This document shows positions 42,501-54,500 of a stretch of DNA of 64,000 bases, piece after piece (the stretch's first letter is position 1; each line of letters opens with the position of its first letter). The stretch lies in assembly GCA_964035545.1 (NCBI GenBank), contig OZ037766.1, positions 1,736,001 through 1,800,000 of the forward strand. Reading direction: 5' to 3'. The notes beneath the pieces were generated by a model. The model ran no database searches. It had not been told where the DNA came from and saw only the letters and a program-made list of their open reading frames with translations. The position numbers and the translations under genes were made by a program. This DNA comes from Bugula neritina (taxonomy: Eukaryota > Animalia > Bryozoa).

Positions 42501-45500
42501 CGACTTTAAAAAAATGCTTGGACATCAATTGCCTGTTCACAATTAATGATTGGATTACGTTTACCCAGAAAAAATGATGTTTTTTAGAACACAAGCAAAA
42601 CCTTGCATGCAATTAAGCCAAAAAAGTCATTTAATTTAAAAAATGCACAATTGCTTTGACACCACAGTTTTGGAAATTTTTGAAAATTCATTATTCTTGT
42701 TTCTTGATATTCAAAAGTTGATAAAATATACTTCATATTGCATGCATTTTAACCACTAAGCTCATGCAAAAAAATTCACTTTTCAACACAGTTGGTCCAG
42801 CCGACCATCTTAGTTGCACCTATCAAAGCAAAGTGAAAAACCGAACACCTGAAGGAAAGAGATAAGAGAGTAAGAGAACAAATGAACATGTTAACATAAG
42901 TGCATGCAGACTGGGCTTCATGCATAGCTGTTCAGAGCTATAGCATACCACAACGGCGAACTGCATTGAAGAAAAGCTCTAAATGGTCTTGCGAAAATTT
43001 ATACATTAGCAGATAGTCGAGTGTTTTAGGCACCAACAGTTTCTCCACCAACCCAAATACTGTGTCAATGGCACATACAAGTCCAGTAATACAAACATGT
43101 CTGTAAATAACATAAATAGGGACAGGCACATATTAGATCTGAAATATAAGCAATTAACACTTTCTTTGTTAATAGGAAATTTACCTTTTGGTCTTGTACA
43201 GAGGTATCCCTTCATTATTCTTTAGGCCTAGCAAATATTGCCGTGTATCTTTCAGAAAAGGAGTGATGACACTGATACCATTGAGATGTAAAGGCTGCTT
43301 GTAGCCTTTAGCTATTGCTGATCGACTATTCAGGATGTCAAACAACCGATCAACTCGCTACAGAAAAAGTAACATCAACAGAACATGGGACGATTGCAGT
43401 TACAGTATTTTAAAGAAATAAAGCCAAAAGCTGTAACAAACCCTATTTATACCAGGCTTACAGTCAACATTTTCCATCCATCTATAAAACATTAATTGTT
43501 GTCACATGATGTAGTCAATATCTAAGGATTATTTTATTTCAAATGCTGATTAAAGAACATCTTACCGCCTCAGGGATCGTGGGGATGGGAGTGTCATGTA
43601 ACTTCTGAGAAACTCATAAGCCTTTGGTGAGTAGAGATGTAGCGTTAGTGCAAATTTTTGCTGACTTTCTGAGTATTTGCCACGGAGTGGAGTGAATAGG
43701 CCATCAGGAACATCTGTATGGTAATATCAACTTTAGACAGAGTTTCAACTGAAAATGTCAAGGCGTTATTAAATTGTAAAATCATACCAGCAAAACCTTT
43801 CAACTTTTCCTCCAATTCACCATTGATCAAACTTTTTTCTCTGACCAACTTGATGCATTCTGCAAGCTTCATTTTTGATCTTTTGGCACGTCTAGTTGAA
43901 TTGCTAACTTGCTTCTGTAATTGGCTAACCTTTTCTTCTAAAAACCTAACTCTTTGCTTCAAAGCATCGGGAGTGGTACTATAGCAATGATCCTGTATCA
44001 TATGAAATTATTCAACTTTAATACAAAAATAACCAAATGTAGAAAAAATATATTATTATAGTATACAGCACAGCTATTTACCATAAAGTGGCAAGTAAAT
44101 ACATCAATATTAAGTCATAGTTAAATAAGCTATCTAATAACCTTAAGAACTACAGCTGCTGAAGTGTTCAAGCTCATTTTAGTGGTTTCAATTGAAATCT
44201 CATCTTTTTCTTCAGCACGGCGACTAGTATGAGTAGTTCGGGGAGTTCTTTTTCTCTAAAAATTGAAATATACAGATGTGCAAGCACAATAATTAATTTT
44301 ATCATTCCAATGACTGTTGCATGAATATCAACTTACTATAAGTCTCTCTGGAACAGCAACCAATTCCTCTGCTGGAACAGCTCCACTTCGCAAACGCCGA
44401 GGTTGGCTTGTGCTTTCGAAAGAATCGCTATAAAAATGATCGCTACACAGTAGAGATCTTTCACTAGGTTCTTCTTGGCGGCGAGAAACTTTCCACCAAA
44501 CATTCCAACGACTGAAGTCCTTCTGCTTGTTGGGAAATCTAAATAAAAAAATACTGCACTAGCCAAAATTATTTACAAACTGATATGTTATGCTTTATCA
44601 ATAGTGCAACCTATTTAAACCATAAAAACATTAAAACTTTAGGTAACCGTAAAATCCAATATCAATCAACAGAAGATTTTCAATATTTATTAAAGAGAGT
44701 AAATTAATCCAGTAATGCTTTAAAAATAATAAACTTGCTGTAAATAACATCAACATAATAAAGTTGTTAGCAATAATAATAGTGACATCAATATGAGTAG
44801 ATATTCAGAGTGAGTCACTCACACTTCGACTTTCACATTTTCACATTGTGTAGTTACTGTTATTGTTGATCATAATAATACTATTAGTAATAGTACTATT
44901 CATACTCATACTGATACTCGAATTATAATAACAATTTATGAGTAAGTTACTACTACTACTGAGTACCTGTACTGGTAGTAGTAGTAGTAGTAGTACTAGC
45001 AGTTGTAGTACTAGTGCTCTACTAATAACAATAACACTAGCAGTAGGCTAGTAGTACTAGCAGTTGTAGTACTAGTGCTCTAGTTTCAATAACACTAGCA
45101 GCAGGCTAGTAGTAGTAGTAGCAGTAGTAGTAGCAGCAGCAGTAGTAGTAGTAGTAGTAGCAGCAGCAGCAGTAGCAACAGCAGCAGCAGTAGTACTTTT
45201 ATACTGGTACCGTAAGTATAGCATTAGGCTTAGCTATTAGTATTACTATTAGTATTAGTGTATTACTATAGTACTACTATTACTAGTAGTAGACGTAGTA
45301 GAGTACTACTACTACTAGTACTAGTACTACTAGTAGGCAGCAGCACCGCTACCACAACTATTAAGCCTACTGTTACGCTAGTTAATGTATTACTTTTACT
45401 GATTTTTGTAACTAAAGCCATATACTTACTTGTGAAAAGAGATTTTTTTGTCTTTACTGTAACTGCTGTACTGGTAGTTGCGGCAATTGTATGCATAACA

Positions 45501-48500
45501 CTGAGACCCAGTGGTCTTGCTTCTTTGACCCTTAGTTTGCTTAGGATACGGAGAATTCGACATGTTCAACGAAGTAGAGGTGATAGAGAACACAATTAAA
45601 TAAAAATATAGTTGCTTGAGATATAAAGCAGGACAAAAAACAAAGTTTAAAAGTAAGATTCACTCAATCGAAATGATGGACGACCGGCTCTATTTTCTCC
45701 CGCTAGAAAAAGAGCATGCTCGGGCTCACAAAGCCAATCGGCAACGAGGTTACATTACAAAGTACACCCGTACCCATTCCAGATATTATTGAGTTCATTG
45801 GTCTTATGTAACTAAGTCTATGTCAGCTGGCTGAAGGTCAAACAGCTAGTCTCTAAGTCTACCAATTAACGACTATTTCTGGTCTATCAGGCAAGAGACA
45901 TAGTGCTGTTGGAGCAATGAAGTCTAAAGACTTAATTTTAGAAAGTAGAGAGATAAAAAGAGTAGACATCAAGTAGACGTCAATATTGAAAGTTTTAATC
46001 ACCAATCTCATTACCAAATTGTAGCAGTTATAAAATCAATGGCTTGAATAGAAGTATAAACAAATCAGCTGAAGTAGTTGGCTGGAAATTAGTGTTCAGG
46101 CGGCCATTTTTACACTCCAATGCCATCAAGGAAATTAAAATAAATCTTTGGAGAATTGGCATTTCAAAGACGTGAGAGCTGATAGCTTGGATAGTAGAGT
46201 ATACAGTAGATATGGTGGTATAGTTTCTAGTGAGAACTAAGATTATATAGCTAAAAAGATGCTTTAAAGTTTAGCCTAAGAACTTAGTTGAACATTTTGA
46301 GAAAAGAAAGTGACGCACCCGACATCTCCCAACATAACTCGGTTTATATCTAATTCATCAGCTATGTACAGCACCAGGTCTAAGGCAGCTTGCAGAGTCA
46401 TTCTGTAAACATAAGATAGGACGCTAAAATTCAACCAATAGGAACACGGCACGCTTTGTGTATCTGCAAACTAGCCAATAGGAAGAAAGTACACATATTA
46501 ACCAATAACAGCACAGGACACATACGTTCTGTCAACATTGATGTACACGTAACTCGTGTCTATCACATCTAACGAAGCAGCTGCAGACAGGCCTCGCACT
46601 TCCGGGGCTTTGCTAGATACTTGGACTATCCCAGACCCCGACTTCTTATCAACTAAAACATTATCAAATACTATATTTATAAAGCCAGTTACTTGAATAG
46701 CCATCTTCAAACTGCAGTATAAACAAACATGGAGCTGGTAGAGAAACTGGGTGGCCTAAAATAAAATAAAATGGTAGAGTTAAGGGCGAGCCAGTAGCAA
46801 AATATACTCTGCAATACATCATGTCTTGCAGAAAGACTACTAGCAAGTACAGCACAAAAATTGCGTGAAGAGATGTAACAAAACCAATTAAATACAAAAT
46901 AACTAATAATAATTATTATTATCACATAAACTACTTTGAAAGCAGCTAGAGGTGGGGAGATATTACATATTGATTGCTATGACGTCGCAGTTAGCCTGCA
47001 GTTGGCCGGGGCAAGCAGCGTGTAGAGTAATTTAGGGCCAGGGACGGATGTTGTATGCCACATAATTGCTGCCGTGCGTTGCAGACACTGTAATTGCTGA
47101 TGTAAAACGTGTCATTGGGGTATAATAATCATAAGGCAGCAATGGAACGCTGCTCCTCTAAAGTTCATTGAGTGCAATAATAACAGCTTTCTACACCTCA
47201 CACAGCATATATATGCATATAGGCTTAGTGAGTAAGGTTATATTATCTGCTCATGCATGCTTATATATGCTTATATATGCTTATAGCCTAGTAACCTAGC
47301 AACACAACCATTCCACACCTTCACTGCCAAGTTTCCAGTAGGCAACAGGAAACACACAACTGCTAGTTGCAGTCTACAGAGCTAATAGAAAAGGTCATAA
47401 ACTCTGACCTTCACCCTGTACTTCTGTATCTTGTATCTGCTTCATGTGATCAGAGATTGTCTGACCCAGTATGTTACCACCTGGTAGCTTATCTGGCCTG
47501 TCTCTCCCTGCAACACAAGACCAAACCTTCTGGTTTAATTAAGACTGAGTACAACAAAGTATTCTCTCATCAGTTCTATTTGCTTAAATGTGTATAAAAC
47601 TACTTTTCAAATACTTTACTTTAGCGCCATTTCGGACAGGAAAGTTAGTAGACTGAATATCAAAGCGAGGCTGGACATCACATGATGTTTGCCGTCTGGT
47701 AGAGACCAGCCCGTGAAGTTGATTACAGTTCACGTCTAACAACCGACTGGACGAATCAATTTATTAGAGTTTGGTCTACTGATCTGAATACACGCACGGG
47801 TTATGCTATAGATGCTAATGCTTATGTGAATTTCAACGACGATTATCGAACAAAAAACAATCTACAAGCATGCTCATTACAGTCGCATTATTCCGGCAAA
47901 TCACAAGGGACTTTACAAAGGCATAGGATGCGTGATTCAACTATACCTAGCGCCTCTCTTATTAGTATTCTCACTGTTCTAAGATAAAGAAAATCAATTA
48001 ATTTAACAAATGAGCATCTGCCCATTCTGCTGTATAAATTATAGTTAGGGAGTCTAAGGTCATCTTTGGGTTATAATACAATACTCTTTGGCTGTACCTT
48101 TTACCTGTATACAGGTTATATAGTATAGTAACACAGTATACTGTGTGTAGATATGTATTATATATTATAGTAATATATTATACTGTGTGTAGATATGTAT
48201 TATATAGTATAGTAATATTACACTATGTGAAGATATATTATAGGGTATAGTAATATAGTACACAGATTTGTCAAAATATATTATATATATGTATATGTAG
48301 ATATATTTATATCTTTACACAACATACTATGTTCAACTATACTATATAATATATCTTCACACAGTATATTATATTACTGTTCAGCATAATACTATATAAA
48401 AATGTCATCAATCAGATAATATTACCAAACATTACATAATATGATAATAAAACACATTTGACTATTTATATAACTCTCTAACACGTAAATAATCAAGTTC

Positions 48501-51500
48501 AGCACCTTTACATTCAGTAAACACAACATTTACTGCATTCTGCATATTTCAAGTTACTTTTCAAAGAATGAAATATCAGCTTGAATATATCAAGTTGACA
48601 AGGTTTTCTGAACACTCTTAGTTGGTTGGTTTTATAACCAATCAACTTATCACACGAAAGAGCTAAGAGATTTTGTGTAATTTGGACATTTTATAGCGGA
48701 TTCATATTTTCACAGCAAAATAATGCAGCCTGCATTAACGACCAAATATAACTTTGTCTCCAACAGGATTTTTTATGTTTGTAGGAACTTTTGCTACCGA
48801 AGTTTTCATTCACTAAGTTTCCACTCTCCATGTTTTGATTGATTGATTGATTGATTTTATTTCTATCACTAACATGATATATGTTGTGAAAAAAAGGTGT
48901 TAAATACCGATGCCCATGATATTAAAAATGATAACAGTGTAACATACATGGCTTAAAAATAGGAGTAAAAAGTCTCTGAGGCTGGAAGTCAATTAACAAA
49001 AATTATTATACAAGTTTATTTAGCTTGAGTGCTGTCTGGCGTATAAAAGAATCTCTGCCCTAAGTGCTTCTGTACAAAATCAACTCTGTGAAAATTTGTT
49101 TGATTGAATTCTTATTTGTGGGACAGTTAACAAAACAGCTGAAAGTTTAGCTCTAAATTTAATGTCACTTATAAACTTTGGTTATAGATTAAAGTATAAG
49201 GAGCTAGGGACACAGCTCATTTATTCAGACAGTATAATGGGTGGCCTATGTTTAGTCTCTAAATAGACTTAGATCTTAGAATTAAATGATAACTGATCAT
49301 GAGAAACGTTTAGCTTCCAGCTCTTCTAGAATTATCTGTCTACATTCCACAGACTAGCTACTAATCAGCATTAACTTAGGAATAGGGAATTATCTCACCA
49401 CTGCTCATGCTCTCGGCTGTGAACATCTGCAGAAGGTCTATAATCTCCGCCTCCTTCCTCAACTCTTCTGCAGATTTCACCTGCCCTTCAATCTTTGTCG
49501 TGTCGTCATGTGCTGACACATCAGGAGTTGTGTGCTCTTGCTCTGATACAGTAGGAGTTGTGCGTTCTTGCTTTAATACAATAGGAGTTGTCCCCACAGT
49601 GGAGCCAGTCTTGTACAATACACTTTGCAGGTACGTTTTCAGTCGTTTGATTTGAGAGGTGGAAAGGTCATCCACAGTAATCAGTCCTGAAAGAGCAGAG
49701 AGAAGTGAATAACTGTAGAGTCAGAAGGTTGGTGAGTAATATGTGGTGCACTTGTTGCTATAGAGACAAGCAGGTAGAGATATTTAGAGAGATCATGGTA
49801 TCACTATACTAAGATGGTTAGTTACCTGCACAAGCATTCTGCATTGAGTAAACAACTCCAAATTCAATCTAATTTCTCAAGACTGCACATGTAACAATAT
49901 ATGAATGCAGTAGCTCCTTGTCAGTTTGAAACAGTAATAGACACACGATATAATTTATTTGGAATAAATACTAAAGCTACTTTGCAATTTATAGTTCATT
50001 TCACATATTTACAAATTATTCAGGAAATACCAGTTTGCAAATCATAGATACTCTTAAAGCTCTACAGGAAATAAACAAACTTACCTGATGTAAGCTGTTC
50101 GAGTAGCCAGTAATCTACTTCACTCAGTCCCCTTTTAGCCTCAGAACCTGCTAAAACAATCACTGCAGGTTAGATTAGATAGGAAAGACAACTTCTCACA
50201 CAACTAATACTACATATAAGAGGCTTGTGGGTAGACAGCTGTTGTACAGGTATACACTTTATATGAAACAGGGCTGTCAGTTACAACAACGGGTTTATGT
50301 TGTAAAAATACAAACTTTGTACAAGTTGTTGTCTAAAACTTATAATGACAAAATTTTGACAAAGGAAAAAATCCCAAAGATGCATAAATTTAGCTATAGT
50401 TTTCCTAGTCTGCAATCTTTTAATCCAGAGTACTAAGTCACGGTACTTTAGTCACAGTACTCTAGTCACAGTACTCTAGTCACAGTACTCTAGTTACAGC
50501 CATACTGGTAATACTGTATATTTATTTATTCTGTTTTAAACCTTCCACCATGTCACTAACTACTTGACCATACACCAGAGGAGCTCACTCCTTTACCTCT
50601 GTTGCTAAGAGCAACATGTGACCTCAAGTAAGGTCAACTGAAGGTGAAGCAACTCCAAACTCCTTCACAGAGTTCATGACCTGATAATAACACAGCTGCG
50701 CATATCACCTGTTACCTTTCACCTGTTACCTAGCAGCTGACTAAGCAATTAACTACAGAGTGGAGGAAAGTCTTGTTTTAAATAATAAAAGTAACTTATA
50801 GGTGATGAAGTTTGAACCTATACAGCATCTACAGCAGTTTAGAGCGAGTGTTATTCTACCAGACCAATCACAGGAGGGGAGTGTGCAGTGAACTACATGA
50901 AACCCTTAGCTCATGCAGTGTGACACCATATAGCTGCAGTAGCAGGTGAACTAGGAGTACAGCTAGTAGCATCTATTGAGTGGTATTAGCTAAATGTCAA
51001 AACAGTAGCTGCAACAGTCTACATACATGCTTATATGGTGAGCTGTAACAGCTATATTTCATCATATGCACATGTAGACAGCTTTCAACAGTGATATAGT
51101 CACCTAGCTGTTGAATAACTCCACAGTAAACACTTTCCCAATCACCACAACACAGCTATGAGCGCACTATTACAGTAAGCTGTACCTGTAGTGAATGTTT
51201 TAGCAGTTGTCCCCCCATTCTGTACACTGGGTAGAGACAAAGTCAAACTCAAGTATTTCTCCAGAGCCCGGAGGTCAGACAGACTCAACTTGGACAGGAA
51301 GTCCTCGTTGGAGAGAGTCGTAGTGTCCTTGAGAAGGTAAAAGGGCGTGTCGGTGGTAGCTGGACGACTGTTGTATACATTCATGTTGTCATGGTAACTT
51401 GTCTGTTTACTTCCTGTGTTGAGCTTACTGCAAGTATTAGATGATGGTAGTGGATGAACCCAGAATATATTATAACTGCTACTTGCTGATATGTATATAT

Positions 51501-54500
51501 TATTACACTATGTTTTGATATAATATGTAGTCTAGTTACACTATGTTGTATCAGGGGAGATAAATCTTGTCTGTATTATACAATGACGAGCTTTAGACAA
51601 TAAATAATGCATGTGGGCTAGTTAAATTATACTAAGTTATTATAATGATACAATATAATAATATATTATTGATAATATAGCATAAAATAACCCATATAAT
51701 ATACTATATTACATATTACAAATAAGTTTTAAATTACAATATTAAGAAACCTATATTTTTCACTCCAAAACTAGTGAAATTTTAACAGTCAGTCATTGTG
51801 GAAGTTTGCTTTGAGAGTTGTCTCCTCTAAGACAAAAGAACTGTGGTAATACTGCCGCTGCTGCACCACACCTTTAAATGATACAATAATCTAATTTCTA
51901 AACCTAATACTGTAAGTCAACTAGTACTTTAGCAAACGCAAGGTTGTCCTTCGCCTTGTATTTTCAGGTAAGAGTTGAGCTAGAAAATCAATGAGCAATA
52001 ATCTAAAGCTCGAACCTCGAGTTATGAAACAAGCCGACCAAGCAGCCAATGCATACCGGAGTATTAGATATTGCATCATATCCTGAATGAGTATGGCAGC
52101 TAACTGCTAAATATAACATACTGTACGTGTACCGTATATGTATTGTACGTGTACTGTACCTAAGGTGTAAGTTTACTGAATATCATGCATAGTCGGTATT
52201 CTAGAAAGTTGTGAATGAAAATAGAAGTGACACGGGAAAGCTAGGCTAGTTATGTCGGAGGTTATTATATAGGCATGTCCACGTAGACATACTCCATTTT
52301 ATTACGTATTTATATTCTAGTGTGTTATATATTTATATCCCGCTACCCCAACAGGACAAAGCGGAGATAGGTGAGAATAGGTGAGAAAAATGTTATATAC
52401 TTATATCATAGATACTATTGCTGTTACATTACATAGATGCTATTACTTTGCAATAAACTTGAGTTCTTGGCAGCAGACAGCTGACAACAGAGCTGCTTGG
52501 AGAGCTGCAACCAAATCTAAGCCGAATTCATAAAACAGTCATAGTCGTATCGACTGACTGCAAGAGAGAGATACTATTACGAGAATGTAGAGTGTGTTAG
52601 CTACAGTAGTTACTGCTAGATAGTTTGAAAATATTTAACAAATTATATAAAATGAAACTTATTGAAAATTTAGTGAATTTAAATACTTAGCTACAAACTA
52701 GACGGCAGATTCTCCCTAAGAGAGCCGATTTTACAAAACACAATTCGCAAGATGAAATCATATAAACTTCTAGATAATTAGACTGTAGACCTAGAGGTAA
52801 ACATGAAAGTTAATCAACTAAAGTGGAATATCTAATCAAGAAGCTACACCTGTGTACAGACTGTATAAGTAGCCTGAGGAACTATGTTACCTGTTAGTAT
52901 AATATTGGGAGGCTAATCTAGCCTTCTCCACCCTGTCACACGCAGTGAGGTCGGGATCTGTGTACAGCTCATAGCTCTCCAGTAGCCCACCAATAATACA
53001 CTGAGTGTACGGGTCCCCCCAGCCATACCCCAACTTTAAGAGACTCTTCAGAGAGAACTCAAGCACCTTTTTCAGCTCATCAGACGCCCTGAACTGGAGA
53101 ATTCTACTCTCAGAGAGCAGGTTCTGACACGTCCCAAACAAGTTGTCTGCAAACAGAGGACACAAGGCTATATTGCAGAAAATTTGGGCTACAGTACATC
53201 ATAATGTTGAAGTTAATCTAGAATTATTCCAACAGAATGCAAACTTGTCTGGTGCAGATGGAAAGGTTTGTTTTTCTACTTTCTTCCAACTACAATATTA
53301 TCTTGAAAAAAAACTAAACTTAAATCATTTTTAAGAAAAGATGTTTCAGTAAGGTATTGCCATTGAACTATAATAGTTATAGTTTCAGTTCAGTAAGGTA
53401 TTGCCATGGCAACAGCCAAATGGAGGATGGGTAGAGGTTTCCAGTGTGTTGGAAGAGTTGTGTACCCCTGTTACATATTCTCAAACATCATCTATCATAT
53501 ACTTAGATAATAAAATATTCCAGTATAACTGAAAATATTTTAATAGAAATAAATTAGTGTATTCTTGCAACAAGTTATTTACTACAACTTACTGTAGTGA
53601 CTGACACTATTACTAACTATTACTAACTGTCACCGATCACTGTAAGTAATAACTATCACTAATAACTTTAACTAATTATTGGGTAGTTAGTTGAAATTTT
53701 CTTGAGTCAGTATTGGCTACATGATGAGGTGTGGCGACAATATCACCCCTATCCCAAACATAACCCTCAGTCTAATAAACTAATCAACTTCTTTGCCTAA
53801 ATAAAAAGTGCAGCTAAGAACAATACATTTTTTCATTTTTCTAAATAATAATAGAATAAAGTCACATTAATTTATAAATTATATTTAGTTATAATAGAGT
53901 ATATTAAATTAGAATAATTACTTGTAATTTGAATATCTTAAAATCAATTTAATTTAAAAGTTTCAAATAAAAATCGTGTCATATTGTTTGGATATCTTCA
54001 TCTATTCCTACCAAGTTCCTTATTGGAGAAACTATCAGTAGATTCATTGAGTCAGACTAAGAGTAGCATTAGAGGAGAACTTCACTCTATAAACTAGACT
54101 GCCTTAGATCATGTAGTGACATTCTAATGTATGTTATCAGAGGAAAGTTTGACATTTCAGTTTCAACATCATTATTATAGCATTAAATGTTGTATAATAC
54201 TCTCTGTTGAGGCAGCGCAGCCCTAGAGGCAGCAGATATTGATTGCATAACTCACTCCATCACATACTATATGGTTGTTACAACCCAGCTAGCTAATACT
54301 TAGCAAACCTCCATCATCATCATAGCAGTCTGTCGGTGTGACAATGACTGTTTCACTTTGCTTTAATCAAGCATCTCTATCCGTCTCTACATTTAAGCTT
54401 CCTTTGTCAGCTATCTCTGTCCATGTCTATCTTTTTCATATTTTGCTTTACAGTGTCTTTAAATCTCAATCTGAGACTTACTTGGTTACTTTTACCTTCT

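Noticed and set aside
45258-45599. Hydrophobic 113-aa + strand ORF resembling a membrane protein
   Set aside because: Product of the (CTA/GTA)n tract and antisense to transposase exon 1.
41090-45830. Terminal inverted repeats and 8-bp TSD for the P-like element (..AGTCTATG|TCAGCTGG at 45822 vs TGAGCTGG at 41100)
   Set aside because: The TSD-like match is 7/8 but the adjoining sequences share only patchy inverted similarity, too weak to call the ends.
50585-50680. Possible extra PTPRN exon after ttatcag|GTCATG
   Set aside because: The required phase-1 frame hits TGA, and the flanking exons already join in phase.
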